DNA of 56,085 nucleotides, taken from positions 1-56,085 of the forward strand of contig CANRPP010000004.1 in NCBI GenBank assembly GCA_947632545.1, written 5' to 3'. The first letter of the stretch is position 1; each line of letters opens with the position of its first letter. The notes beneath the pieces are model-generated. The model was not told the origin of the DNA, made no database searches, and was given only the letters and a program-made list of their open reading frames with translations. Positions 1 to 9,312 of the stretch are shown here, one piece after another. This DNA comes from an uncultured Bacilli bacterium. GTDB lineage: Bacteria; Bacillota_I; Bacilli_A; RF39; UBA660. The position numbers and the translations under genes were made by a program.

Positions 1-132
1 ACTAAATTTTTAGTTCTCTACACAGTTCATTTATCATTAGTTTTTGGTTTCACCAACACTTCTTGACATTGAACCTTAAAAACCAACGCTTCTTAATCAT
101 TTAAAATTGAAAATTTCAACTAAATTTTAAAA

Positions 133-209
133 TGGTCGGGAAGACAGGATTTGAACCTGCAACCCCTACATCCCAAATGTAGTGCTCTACCAAGTTGAGC
201 CACTTCCCG
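133..209 (-). tRNA. tRNA-Pro (anticodon UGG)
   Basis: Cloverleaf read by eye on the reverse strand. Acceptor CGGGAAG/CTTCCCG, encoded CCA, T-loop GGTTCAAATCC, anticodon loop TTTGGGA. Confidence 0.9.
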
Positions 210-216
210 ATAATAG

Positions 217-293
<77 letters not shown>

Positions 294-341
294 ATGTCAA
301 ATTAACCAATTATATATTAAAAATACTTATAACACAAAAAA

Positions 342-417
342 TGGTGGCTCCAGCGGGAATCGAACCAGCGACACAGGGATTTTCAGTCCCTTGCTCTACC
401 GACTGAGCTATGAAGCC
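342..417 (-). tRNA. tRNA-Phe (anticodon GAA)
   Basis: Reverse-strand cloverleaf, encoded CCA, anticodon stem AGGGA/TCCCT with loop CTGAAAA. Confidence 0.9.
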
Positions 418-425
418 AAAAATAA

Positions 426-502
426 TGGCGGTTCCTACGGGACTCGAACCCGCGATCTTCTGCGTGACAGGCAGACGTGTTAACCAGCTGCACCAAGGAA
501 CC
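426..502 (-). tRNA. tRNA-Asp (anticodon GUC)
   Basis: Reverse-strand cloverleaf, encoded CCA, anticodon stem TCTGC/GCAGA with loop CTGTCAC. Confidence 0.9.
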
Positions 503-506
503 AAAT

Positions 507-583
507 TGGTTGCGGGAAGAGGATTTGAACCTCTGACCTCTGGGTTATGAGCCCAACGAGCTACCAGACTGCTCTATCCCGCG
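507..583 (-). tRNA. Initiator tRNA-fMet (anticodon CAU)
   Basis: Anticodon loop CTCATAA. C1 opposite A72 is a mismatch (5' CGCGGGA, 3' TCCCGCA-A-CCA). Three G:C pairs (GGG/CCC) close the anticodon stem. These are the classic bacterial initiator hallmarks. Confidence 0.88.
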
Positions 584-589
584 ATATTT

Positions 590-689
590 TGGCGGAGGAA
601 AAGGGATTCGAACCACTTGCGCCATATTACTATGACCTACTTTAATAAAAATAATTAAAGCCCCTTTAACCAGACTTGGGTATTCCTCC
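590..689 (-). tRNA. Atypical tRNA-Ser-like gene (paralog of the adjacent tRNA-Ser-UGA; non-canonical anticodon arm, possibly a pseudogene)
   Basis: Acceptor stem, D-arm and T-loop are almost identical to the tRNA-Ser at 716-808, including GGAGGAATACCCAAGTCTGGTT and TTCGAATCCCTTTTCCTCCGCCA. The long variable arm is kept through compensatory changes (GTCAT/ATGGC versus GTCG/CGGC). The anticodon arm is replaced by a perfect 7-bp AT stem CTTTAAT/ATTAAAG with loop TATTTTT, which lacks U33 and a purine at 37. The T-stem has one U-C mismatch. Confidence 0.5.
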
Positions 690-715
690 ATATATAAATT
701 ACTATAAATAAATTT

Positions 716-808
716 TGGCGGAGGAAAAGGGATTCGAACCCCTGCGCCGCTTACACGACCTTCCGGTTTTCAAGACCGGTCCCTTCAACCAGACTTGGGT
801 ATTCCTCC
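716..808 (-). tRNA. tRNA-Ser (anticodon UGA)
   Basis: Class II tRNA with a long variable arm. Anticodon stem CCGGT/ACCGG, loop CTTGAAA, encoded GCCA end. Confidence 0.9.
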
Positions 809-813
809 ATTGT

Positions 814-902
814 TGGTGCCTAAGGCCGGACTTGAACCGGCACGAGGGTTGATTCTCGCAGGATTTTAAGTCCTGTGCGTCTACCAATTCCGCCACTCAG
901 GC
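814..902 (-). tRNA. tRNA-Leu (anticodon UAA)
   Basis: Class II tRNA with a long variable arm. Anticodon stem CAGGA/TCCTG, loop CTTAAAA. Confidence 0.9.
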
Positions 903-905
903 ACT

Positions 906-981
906 TGGTGATCTGTATGAGATTCGAACTCATGACCCTTTGATTAAAAGTCAAATGCTCTACCGACTGAGCTAACAGATC
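906..981 (-). tRNA. tRNA-Lys (anticodon UUU)
   Basis: Reverse-strand cloverleaf with anticodon loop CTTTTAA. Confidence 0.9.
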
Positions 982-987
982 ATAATA

Positions 988-1062
988 TGGCTGCCTCGGT
1001 TAGATTCGAACTAACGCATGTCAGAGTCAAAGTCTGATGCCTTACCACTTGGCTACGAGGCA
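988..1062 (-). tRNA. tRNA-Gln (anticodon UUG)
   Basis: Reverse-strand cloverleaf with anticodon loop CTTTGAC. The U1-A72 pair is typical of bacterial tRNA-Gln. Confidence 0.88.
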
Positions 1063-1072
1063 ATATAAGTAA

Positions 1073-1157
1073 TGGTGGAGAGAGATGGATTCGAACCATC
1101 GAACCCAAAGGGAACAGATTTACAGTCTGTCGCGTTTAGCCACTTCGCTACCTCTCC
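1073..1157 (-). tRNA. tRNA-Tyr (anticodon GUA)
   Basis: 85 nt with a long variable arm (bacterial class II Tyr). Anticodon loop CTGTAAA. Confidence 0.9.
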
Positions 1158-1165
1158 AAAAAAAA

Positions 1166-1241
1166 TGGTGCCGAAACCAGGACTTGAACCCGGAACCTAC
1201 TGATTACAAATCAGTTGCTCTACCAATTGAGCTATTTCGGC
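1166..1241 (-). tRNA. tRNA-Thr (anticodon UGU)
   Basis: Reverse-strand cloverleaf with anticodon loop TTTGTAA. Confidence 0.9.
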
Positions 1242-1246
1242 ATAAA

Positions 1247-1323
1247 TGGTGGACGATATAGGACTCGAACCTATGACCCCCTGCTTGTAAGGCAGGTGCT
1301 CTAACCAACTGAGCTAATCGTCC
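1247..1323 (-). tRNA. tRNA-Val (anticodon UAC)
   Basis: Reverse-strand cloverleaf with anticodon loop CTTACAA. First gene of the operon. Confidence 0.9.
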
Positions 1324-1346
1324 AAAACAACTAGTTGACAACATCA

Positions 1347-1375
1347 AATATACCAGTTTATATGTAATTTGTCAA
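1347..1375 (-). promoter_or_regulatory. Sigma-A type promoter of the 13-tRNA operon
   Basis: On the reverse strand: TTGACA, 17-nt spacer, TATATT. The -10 element ends about 24 nt upstream of tRNA-Val. Confidence 0.7.
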
Positions 1376-1400
1376 TACTCATTTTAACTTTTTACATTAT

Positions 1401-1769
1401 TTAAACTTTTTTACTTAATAATTCTTTTTCTTTTATAGATATCCAATTATCAAGACTTTCTTCTAAACATTTAAAACCAGTACCAACTTCAACAATTTTG
1501 GATTTTTTCTTTTTATTTATTCTATAATCAATATCCTTTATACTCAACTTTAAATGAAAATCATTATCGTTTACATCTAATATTTTTACATTTATAGTTT
1601 CCCCAATATTAACATAATCATTAATATTTCTAACAAATGAATTAGAAACTTCAGAAATATGAATTAAACCACTATAATAATTATCTAAACTAACAAAAAT
1701 ACCATATTTTTCTATACCAGTAACACAACCTGTAACTATATTGCCATTTTTATATTTTTTTCTTGACAT
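1401..1769 (-). CDS. S1 RNA-binding domain protein (YugI/GSP13/CvfD-like)
   Basis: S1-fold motifs GxVTGIxKYGIFVSL and GLIHISEV. I chose the ATG at 1769 because it follows GGGAAGGTG, rather than the upstream ORF-track start. Confidence 0.8.
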   Translation of the reverse strand: MSRKKYKNGNIVTGCVTGIEKYGIFVSLDNYYSGLIHISEVSNSFVRNINDYVNIGETINVKILDVNDNDFHLKLSIKDIDYRINKKKKSKIVEVGTGFKCLEESLDNWISIKEKELLSKKV

Positions 1770-1821
1770 ACTACACCTTCCCAATCAATTGTATCAAATA
1801 AAAAATAATAAGGCAAGTAAC

Positions 1822-1850
1822 TTTACATATATAAATTTTACTAGTATAAT
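1822..1850 (+). promoter_or_regulatory. Sigma-A type promoter for the NifU-like gene
   Basis: TTTACA, 17-nt spacer, TATAAT. Confidence 0.55.
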
Positions 1851-1865
1851 TAATTTGGTGATGAT

Positions 1866-2111
1866 ATGTCAAAAAAATCAACTGATAATACTATAACTAA
1901 AATTATTAGTATTATTGATAAAATTAAACCTTATTTAATAAGTGACGGAGGTAATCTTGAATTTATTGAATACAAAAATAATATTGTTTATGTAAAACTT
2001 TTAGGTGCATGTGCCGAATGCAATATGATGGATATTACTCTAAAAGATGGAATTGAACAAATTATTATGAATGAAATTCCAGAAGTAAAAGAAGTCATAA
2101 ATATTAATTAA
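1866..2111 (+). CDS. NifU C-terminal-domain (Nfu/YutI-like) Fe-S cluster scaffold protein
   Basis: 81 aa with the motifs DGGNLEF and LxGACxxC (GACAEC), typical of Nfu-type proteins. Confidence 0.85.
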   Translation: MSKKSTDNTITKIISIIDKIKPYLISDGGNLEFIEYKNNIVYVKLLGACAECNMMDITLKDGIEQIIMNEIPEVKEVININ

Positions 2112-2117
2112 AAACTA

Positions 2118-3017
2118 TTATATCCAATCAATTTTGGGTATTTTTTTTATTTTATTTAAAATTAAATATATATTATTAATATAATCTTCATATTCATCCA
2201 CTCTATTAAGTATATCCCTCATTAAATTATCATTATTGTTTATATTATTTACATTATTTATAGAAATATCAAATGAGTCAAAGTAAAAAGTTATATAAAA
2301 CATCCTACCATAAATTAATCGGCATAAAAATTCATCTAAATTTAAGGAATATAATTTTTTTTCTATATCAATATAATCATATTTTTTTTCAATAAAAACA
2401 TATTTTAAATATTCTGCAATATCTCTACTCCTATAATCAACTAATAAGTTTAATGGATTATTAAAAAAAACTGGTGTAATTCTTCTATGAGAAATATATA
2501 AATTATGATTTTTAGTATTTGCTGACAATGTATCATTAATATATGAAATTGCATTTTCGGCCATACCTATATAATACCAAATGCTTTCATTTATTAAAAT
2601 TTTATTATTGTCTGTATTAATAACTTGATATTCTATATAATCTATTTTTTTTGACCACAATTCACACCAATTAGTTTTAATAATTCTATCTATACTATTT
2701 TCATTTAAAAATACAATATTAGAATTATATATCATATTATATAATGTATTATTTTTATTAGACTTTTTTATTAAAATAAAATACCTTCCATTTATATTTG
2801 TAATAATTTCATTTTTTATATTTAGAATAATACTATCATAATTTTTATTACCATTTATAATTTTATATATTTGCATCATTTCTATAGGTTGTCTTGTAAG
2901 AGGCATAAATAAGTATTCTTCATTATTATAATTAAACTTATAATAGTTAGATATCTTAATAACATTAATATCGTTAAAATTATAATAATATTCTATATAT
3001 CTTTTTATTTTTATCAC
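2118..3017 (-). CDS. Putative CotS/YutH-family spore-coat kinase-like protein
   Basis: 299 aa. The layout resembles APH/CotS-like proteins (N-terminal beta region, central ISHRRI segment, C-terminal VDYRSRDIAEYL). It sits next to the yutI-like gene as in Bacillus. The catalytic motif looks degenerate. Confidence 0.35.
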   Translation of the reverse strand: MIKIKRYIEYYYNFNDINVIKISNYYKFNYNNEEYLFMPLTRQPIEMMQIYKIINGNKNYDSIILNIKNEIITNINGRYFILIKKSNKNNTLYNMIYNSNIVFLNENSIDRIIKTNWCELWSKKIDYIEYQVINTDNNKILINESIWYYIGMAENAISYINDTLSANTKNHNLYISHRRITPVFFNNPLNLLVDYRSRDIAEYLKYVFIEKKYDYIDIEKKLYSLNLDEFLCRLIYGRMFYITFYFDSFDISINNVNNINNNDNLMRDILNRVDEYEDYINNIYLILNKIKKIPKIDWI

Positions 3018-3051
3018 CTCTTATATAATTTTATGTAATATTTGAAATAAT

Positions 3052-3086
3052 AGACAAAAAAAAAGAAAATACATTTATATTTTCTT
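3052..3086 (-). terminator. Intrinsic terminator after the 482-aa gene
   Basis: Reverse strand: AGAAAATA/TATTTTCT hairpin followed by a T-run of 9 or more. Confidence 0.6.
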
Positions 3087-3093
3087 TAAATAA

Positions 3094-4542
3094 TTACATC
3101 GTTTTAGATCCTGAATCATCAACCTTATCTACAGAACTAGAATCATTAATCATACTATCTAATTCATTTGGAGAACTTGAAGCTGCTGTATTTTCTGAAG
3201 AAGATGGAGTAATAAATGATTCGTACATTTCAATAGACTTTTTAACTTCTTCCATATTACTTGTTATATTAGATATAGTTGCAGCTGTCTCCTCCATTGA
3301 TGTTTGGATTGAACTTTTAGCATTATCCAAATCGTCACTAACAGATTCACCTAAAGTTTTCATTTCTGAAACTAAACATTTTCTAGCTTCTTTTTTCTTA
3401 GCAGATTCTTTTTCAAGTAATTCTTGTTCTTCATGTTTAATTGCATCAATTTTTCTTTGTTCTTGTTGTTTTATTTTTTCAACAAGCGAATTTTTTTCTT
3501 TCTTAATTTTAAGAATTTCTTCTTTCATAGAGCTTAATTTTATTACATCTTCTTCATTTTCCATTTCTTTCATAAGAGTAGCTAATCTATCTCCATATTC
3601 ATTTAATTGATCACTACCATTACCATAATCAACATTATTATTAATAGAATTATCTGGTAAATTTAACTCATTATTATCAGAAGAATCTATTGGTATATTT
3701 AATTCAATATCATCAACAACATTCACATTAGACGAAAGTTTAGAAGCATTTTCATTTACATTACCTTTTTCCATATTATCTTTATTATCTCCTATTCCCA
3801 TCATAGATTCAAAAGTTTGTACTTCTGAATTTTCATTAGTTTTAGATGGCACAGTATTTTCTTCTGATGATACAGAAGTATTATTTTCTATATTAGCCAT
3901 ATTACTATCTACAAAGTTCGATACTTGAACAGGAACATTCTCTTGTTCAGCAGAATTAAATAAACCATTTATATCTTTATTCACAGATTCTGAATTTATA
4001 GAATTTACATCTACATAGTCTTCGTCTTTCCAAGAAGATTTTGCTATTATTCTTGCAGATAATTTGAAGAAAAATTTGGCTGCTCTATCTTTAATTCTAT
4101 CAGCAACCTTAATAGGTTTACTTTTATATGATTCTATTATTTTCAGTCTGGCATCAGAAATAACCTTTTGCTGTTGTTCTTTAATATTATCCAAAAATTC
4201 TGGTAGTAACTTAATATTTTCCTCAAGTTCTAATTTTTTCTCTTGGAAAGATAGTTTTAGTTCCTCTTTTTCCATAGCACTTATACTATTATCAAGAAGT
4301 TTAACTCTTATATCTTCTATTTCTTTTCTTAAATTTGATTGTACTTCTGGTTGTACTTGTTGATATAAATTTTTATATTGCCATTTTTCTTCATGTAATT
4401 TATTTAATTCCTCCATAGCGATTTTTCTAATTTTTTTATTAGTTTCTTCTGAAAGTTTAATTCTTTTATCAAATTCACGACTATGATAAGCTTTTAATAA
4501 ATCACGATATACAAAATCTACCCTTTCTTTATATGTACTCAT
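3094..4542 (-). CDS. Hypothetical coiled-coil, low-complexity protein
   Basis: 482-aa ORF rich in E/K heptad-like segments at both ends with an N/S/D-rich centre. No recognisable catalytic motif. Confidence 0.6.
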   Translation of the reverse strand: MSTYKERVDFVYRDLLKAYHSREFDKRIKLSEETNKKIRKIAMEELNKLHEEKWQYKNLYQQVQPEVQSNLRKEIEDIRVKLLDNSISAMEKEELKLSFQEKKLELEENIKLLPEFLDNIKEQQQKVISDARLKIIESYKSKPIKVADRIKDRAAKFFFKLSARIIAKSSWKDEDYVDVNSINSESVNKDINGLFNSAEQENVPVQVSNFVDSNMANIENNTSVSSEENTVPSKTNENSEVQTFESMMGIGDNKDNMEKGNVNENASKLSSNVNVVDDIELNIPIDSSDNNELNLPDNSINNNVDYGNGSDQLNEYGDRLATLMKEMENEEDVIKLSSMKEEILKIKKEKNSLVEKIKQQEQRKIDAIKHEEQELLEKESAKKKEARKCLVSEMKTLGESVSDDLDNAKSSIQTSMEETAATISNITSNMEEVKKSIEMYESFITPSSSENTAASSSPNELDSMINDSSSVDKVDDSGSKTM

Positions 4543-4555
4543 AAGCTACCTCCTT

Positions 4556-4834
4556 CTACTGATATTCATCTTTTGAAAGTTCACGCAATACATCCTTTAT
4601 TCTTGTCCATTCAGATTCATCTTCAACACCCATAAGTTTAGGTTCTCCGGATTCACGATTAACATTTGAAACATATACTGTTACATTTCCATTTTCATCT
4701 TTTTCATTTTTTGTATATATAACATATTCCTTTTTATTATCTTTAAATTCGAATGCTAATATAACCTCAACTTCTTCAATAGAGCCATCTTCTGATACAA
4801 TGGACATCATTCTCTTTTCTGCTTGATTTTCCAT
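4556..4834 (-). CDS. DUF1292 family protein (YrzB-like)
   Basis: 92 aa with the pattern EVxxAFEF, KEYVIYT and a C-terminal W-containing helix typical of DUF1292. Confidence 0.7.
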   Translation of the reverse strand: MENQAEKRMMSIVSEDGSIEEVEVILAFEFKDNKKEYVIYTKNEKDENGNVTVYVSNVNRESGEPKLMGVEDESEWTRIKDVLRELSKDEYQ

Positions 4835-4900
4835 ATTATGTTCCTCCCTTTACTATTCATTTAAATCCATTTTACAATATTTGAGAATTTTTTACAATAG

Positions 4901-5179
4901 TTATTTAATTTTTTTTAATAAAAACCACTTTGCACCATATGCACAATAGTTTTCAATATAGTCATCTAATGTCTTGATATCATTGACTTTAGTAGCATTT
5001 TTATTATCACTATCATAATATCCTTTTAGTCTTAATTTATCATATGAATAATCACCAAATATATAATCAAAAGGTTCAAAATAATCTGTTACCTTATCCA
5101 TAAATTCATCATTATTAAAAATTTTATTACTATCTTTTATTAATTCATAGCTATTTTTATCAACAATAATTTTTTTCAT
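4901..5179 (-). CDS. YutD-like protein (DUF1027)
   Basis: About 92 aa. GDYSYDKLRLKGYY and YCAYGAKWFLL resemble the YutD family. Start chosen after GAGGT. Confidence 0.6.
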   Translation of the reverse strand: MKKIIVDKNSYELIKDSNKIFNNDEFMDKVTDYFEPFDYIFGDYSYDKLRLKGYYDSDNKNATKVNDIKTLDDYIENYCAYGAKWFLLKKIK

Positions 5180-5211
5180 AATCATACCTCAATTAAAGTA
5201 TAGCACACTAT

Positions 5212-5928
5212 TTAATTAATAGGAAGTGTAAAAATTGATGAATCTTTTTGAAGTTGTTGTTGATAATAATTTGGTATAGTACCTTGAACTACTTTAATTG
5301 TTAGTGGAATATCATTTTGTACTTTTACCTCTTCCGTTTTTAAAGGCATAGTTATAAGTTCTGTTACTTCTATATGAAGATTGACTTCAATATAAACACT
5401 ATTAATTCCATAAGTTGCAATTTTAGTATTTAAATTTGTTATAACTTGACCAATGAAGTTAAATTTTATTGGGACAACTGGCCCAGTATTTGAAAATAAA
5501 GAATTTGATAAAGCAATTCCAACAGGTAACTCACATACAATACCATTTTTTATATTTTTAAATCTTAATCCTTTAAATGTATTTGCTAGATCCATATTAC
5601 CAGCATTACCATTTTCTAAATTAATCAATTGGTTTTGTACTTTTTTTGTAGATTTTTCCAATATTTCATTAACTTCTTTAGTTTTAAAATCAATCATTTG
5701 AATTTCACCTTTTTCATTATTAGTAGTTTTAAAAATATCTCCATTTAATTGTTTAACAAATTCTTTATCTATAGAATAATTTATAACATATGTACCAAAT
5801 CTTTTTGCCTCTACTTGTGAATACCGTCTAATTGTTGGATTTAATCTTTTACCAATATATACTACTAATATGAAAGCTATTATAAGTGCTGAAAAACTTA
5901 TTCCCATAATTAATTTAAACTTTTTCAT
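5212..5928 (-). CDS. yunB: Sporulation protein YunB
   Basis: N-terminal TM helix. The C-terminal block GPVVPIKFNFIGQV...TKIATYGINSVYIEV...IPLTIKVVQGTIPNYY closely parallels B. subtilis YunB (GPKIPVRFNLIGDA...KPYGINNALIDI...VPVSIKAVQGEVPQFY). Confidence 0.85.
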   Translation of the reverse strand: MKKFKLIMGISFSALIIAFILVVYIGKRLNPTIRRYSQVEAKRFGTYVINYSIDKEFVKQLNGDIFKTTNNEKGEIQMIDFKTKEVNEILEKSTKKVQNQLINLENGNAGNMDLANTFKGLRFKNIKNGIVCELPVGIALSNSLFSNTGPVVPIKFNFIGQVITNLNTKIATYGINSVYIEVNLHIEVTELITMPLKTEEVKVQNDIPLTIKVVQGTIPNYYQQQLQKDSSIFTLPIN

Positions 5929-5963
5929 ATTTAATATTATGATTAAAAAAAAACAATAGAATA

Positions 5964-6683
5964 TTATCTATTGTCCAAAATCTTTTGCAATTCGACACAT
6001 TTATCACTATCCATAGGTTTAACTCCATCAAGTTTATAAGGAAGTCCCAATTTTTTATATTTATCTATACCAAATGTATGATATGGCATTAATTCTATTT
6101 TTTCTATATTTTTTAAATCTTTAATAAAATTTTTTAAACCTATAATATATTCTTTTGTATCATTAACTCCAGGTACAATAACAGTCCTTAGCCACATTTT
6201 TTTATTTTTATTTTGACATGCATATAAAAATTTTAAAGAATTATCAATATTTTTACCTGTTATGTTTTTATAATCTTCATTTCTATATGCCTTAATATCA
6301 AGAATAACTAAATCCACTAAATCAAGTATTTCATTATAATCATTAGTAGAACCTGCAGTATCAATTGCAGAATTAATTTTATATTTTTTACATAATTTAA
6401 GGCATTCTACTAAAAATTCTTTTTGTACAAGTGGTTCTCCTCCTGAAAAAGTTACTCCACCATCTGAACCATAATAATTTTTATAGCGAAGTACTTGTTC
6501 CATTAAATCTTCAGGGGTCATTTTAATATTACCTTCTTTATTTGCCCAAGTTTCAGGATTATGACAATACTTACATCTTAAAGGACAACCTTGTAAAAAA
6601 ACTACAAATCTAATTCCTGGTCCATCAACTAGACCCATTGTCTCAATTGATGATATATCTCCTAATACTTTAGATTTTTTCAT
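5964..6683 (-). CDS. pflA: Pyruvate formate-lyase activating enzyme (radical SAM)
   Basis: CxxxCxxC motif ([12 protein letters not shown]) and [10 protein letters not shown]. It overlaps the 3' end of pflB by 14 nt. Confidence 0.93.
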   Translation of the reverse strand: MKKSKVLGDISSIETMGLVDGPGIRFVVFLQGCPLRCKYCHNPETWANKEGNIKMTPEDLMEQVLRYKNYYGSDGGVTFSGGEPLVQKEFLVECLKLCKKYKINSAIDTAGSTNDYNEILDLVDLVILDIKAYRNEDYKNITGKNIDNSLKFLYACQNKNKKMWLRTVIVPGVNDTKEYIIGLKNFIKDLKNIEKIELMPYHTFGIDKYKKLGLPYKLDGVKPMDSDKCVELQKILDNR

Positions 6684-8898
6684 GGAAAGTCCTACTTATT
6701 ACCTCTAATTGTTTTTCACGACTTAATCTATTAAACCATACAGCATAACCACTTACTCTAATAGTTAAGGTTGGATATTTTTCTGGATGATCCATAGCAT
6801 CAATTAATGTTTCTCTATTTAACACATTAACATTCAAATGATGTGCCATTTGTTTAAAATATCCATCTAACAATGCTACTAAATTTGTAATACGTTCATC
6901 TTCTGTATGACCTAATGCATTGGGAGTGATGGAAAAGGTATTAGAAATTCCATCTTCACATACTCCTGCATAAGGTATTTTGGCAACTGAATTTAAAGAA
7001 GCTAAAGCGCCGCTTGCATCTCTTCCATGCATTGGATTGGCACCTGGTGCAAAAGCAACACCGGCACTTCTTCCATCTGGAGTTGCACCTGTTTTTTTAC
7101 CATATACTACATTTGATGTTATTGTAAGAATTGATAATGTATGTTTAGCATTTTTATATAATTTATGTTTTCTTAATTTTTCTATAAATAACTTAGCTAA
7201 ATTAACTCCTATTTCATCTACTCTATCATCATCATTACCATATTTTGGAAAATCACCTTCTATTTCAAAATCTGTAGTAATTCCTTCTTCATTTCTAATT
7301 GGCTTTACTTTAGCATATTTTATTGCAGATAATGAATCAATTGCAACAGAAAATCCGGCTACTCCAAAAGCCATAAGTCTATTTACATTAGTATCATGTA
7401 ATGCCATTTGCCCAGCCTCATAAGCATATTTATCATGCATATAATGAATAATATTCATGGCATCAACATAAGTTTTTGCTACTTTTTCAAGAACTTTATC
7501 ATAACTTTTCATAACTTTATCGTAATCTAGAATCTCATCATCCATTTTATCTATATCTTCTACAATTAAACCACCTTTTACTTCATCAACACCACCATTA
7601 ATTGAGTATAAAAGTGCTTTTGCTAAATTACATCTAGCTCCAAAAAATTGCATATCACGACCAACTCTCATTGCAGAAACACAACATGCAATTGCATAAT
7701 CATCTCCATAAAGTGGTCTCATTACATCATCATTTTCATATTGAATAGAATCTGTAAGGATTGATATTTTAGCACAGTATTTTTTAAAATTAATTGGTAA
7801 TTTTTCTGACCACAAAACTGTTAAATTTGGCTCTGGTGATGAAGATAAATTAATTAGTGTATGCAAATATCTGAATGAATTTTTTGTAACAAGTGGTTTT
7901 AAATCACTAGTCAATCCACCAATTGATTCTGTAACCCAAGTTGGATCTCCTGCAAATAAATCATTATATTCTGGAGTACGTAAATGTCTTGCTAAACGAA
8001 GTTTTATAATAAATTGATCAACTATTTCTTGAGCTTCTTCTTCTGTAATAGTTCCTTCTTTTAAATCTCTTTCAATATAAATATCTAAAAAAGTTGAAGT
8101 TCTACCTAGACTCATTGCTGCACCATTATTTTCCTTAATTGCAGCTAAATATCCAAAATAAACCCATTGAGTTGCTTCTTTAGCATTTAAAGCAGGCATA
8201 GATATATCAAATCCATAACTTGCAGCCATATCCTTAATTTCACCTAAAGCTTTTATCTGCATACTTACTTCTTCTCTAAGACGAATAATTTCTTCAGTAA
8301 TTTCTACTTTTTCTAATTCTAGTAAATCTTTTTTCTTTTCTTCAACTAAAAAGTTAATACCATATAAAGCTATTCTTCGATAATCTCCAATTATTCTTCC
8401 CCTTCCATATGCATCAGGAAGTCCAGTTAATAAACCAACATGTCTTGCTTTTCTAATATCACTAGTATATGCATCAAATACACCATCATTATGAGTTTTC
8501 CTATATTTTGTAAATTTTTCCTCAACATCCTTATCCCAGGTGTAGCCATATGCTTTTAGTGATTCTCTTACCATACGAACTCCACCAAATGGATTAACTA
8601 TTCTTTTAAGTGGTGCATCTGTTTGAAGTCCAAAAATTACTTCATTATCTTTATCAATATATCCTGGAGCATAATTATTAATTCCAGAAACAGTCTTTGT
8701 ATCAACATCAAGTATACCTTTTTTTAATTCTTCTTGAATTAATTTTTCACATTTAGACCAAACCTTTTTAGTTTTATCGGTTGGACCAACTAGAAATTTA
8801 TCATCACCTTCATATAGTGTGTAATTATTTATTATAAAATCGGAAACATTAATCTTATCTTTCCAATTATCTCCTCTAAATCCTCTATAATAATCCAT
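6670..8898 (-). CDS. pflB: Formate C-acetyltransferase (pyruvate formate-lyase)
   Basis: 742 aa. Active-site Cys-Cys (IACCVSAM) and the glycyl-radical motif TIRVSGYAV near the C-terminus. Confidence 0.95.
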   Translation of the reverse strand: MDYYRGFRGDNWKDKINVSDFIINNYTLYEGDDKFLVGPTDKTKKVWSKCEKLIQEELKKGILDVDTKTVSGINNYAPGYIDKDNEVIFGLQTDAPLKRIVNPFGGVRMVRESLKAYGYTWDKDVEEKFTKYRKTHNDGVFDAYTSDIRKARHVGLLTGLPDAYGRGRIIGDYRRIALYGINFLVEEKKKDLLELEKVEITEEIIRLREEVSMQIKALGEIKDMAASYGFDISMPALNAKEATQWVYFGYLAAIKENNGAAMSLGRTSTFLDIYIERDLKEGTITEEEAQEIVDQFIIKLRLARHLRTPEYNDLFAGDPTWVTESIGGLTSDLKPLVTKNSFRYLHTLINLSSSPEPNLTVLWSEKLPINFKKYCAKISILTDSIQYENDDVMRPLYGDDYAIACCVSAMRVGRDMQFFGARCNLAKALLYSINGGVDEVKGGLIVEDIDKMDDEILDYDKVMKSYDKVLEKVAKTYVDAMNIIHYMHDKYAYEAGQMALHDTNVNRLMAFGVAGFSVAIDSLSAIKYAKVKPIRNEEGITTDFEIEGDFPKYGNDDDRVDEIGVNLAKLFIEKLRKHKLYKNAKHTLSILTITSNVVYGKKTGATPDGRSAGVAFAPGANPMHGRDASGALASLNSVAKIPYAGVCEDGISNTFSITPNALGHTEDERITNLVALLDGYFKQMAHHLNVNVLNRETLIDAMDHPEKYPTLTIRVSGYAVWFNRLSREKQLEVISRTFHEKI

Positions 8899-9016
8899 AA
8901 ACTACCTTCTTTCTTATATTTTCCAATAGTTATTATAACAAAAAAGATAGCTTATGAAAACTATTCTTTTATAATTTTACTTTATATTGTCACTTTTATA
9001 TCAATAAAATATATAA

Positions 9017-9259
9017 TTATATTTTATCGGAATTATCAGTTTTTTGAACTAAAATAACATCTTCACCTATTTTTGTTATATCTTTCCATAAAACTACTCT
9101 ATCTTCTTCTCTATTAAAGGAAAAAAATTTCTTATTAGATTCAATTACTAAAGATTCAATATTACCATCATAGCCAACATTTACATCAATTATATTTCCT
9201 ATATTTTTTCCATCAAAAACGTTAACAATATTTTTACTTTGTAAATCAGAAAGTTTCAT
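9017..9259 (-). CDS. YlmC/YmxH-family sporulation protein (PRC-barrel)
   Basis: 80 aa. The N-terminus LSDLQSKNIVNVFDGKNIGNIIDV is typical of the family. Located immediately downstream of sigG. Confidence 0.8.
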   Translation of the reverse strand: MKLSDLQSKNIVNVFDGKNIGNIIDVNVGYDGNIESLVIESNKKFFSFNREEDRVVLWKDITKIGEDVILVQKTDNSDKI

Positions 9260-9312
9260 AGTACCACCTATTTAAGTATATGAATATTAATAACCTTTTT
9301 GCATAAATTTAA

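Noticed and set aside
52-94. Direct repeat ACCAAC[A/G]CTTCTT (52-64 and 82-94) downstream of the tRNA operon
   Set aside because: The repeats are short, there are only two copies, and no recognisable leader (T-box or riboswitch) or binding-site logic is visible. The window edge prevents seeing the downstream gene.
590-689. Atypical Ser-like tRNA as tRNA-Sec, or as a tRNA carrying an intron
   Set aside because: There is no UCA anticodon, no 8-bp acceptor stem, and no selA/selB/selD context. The extra length (7 nt versus the neighbouring tRNA-Ser) is far too small for a group I intron and comes from stem extensions.
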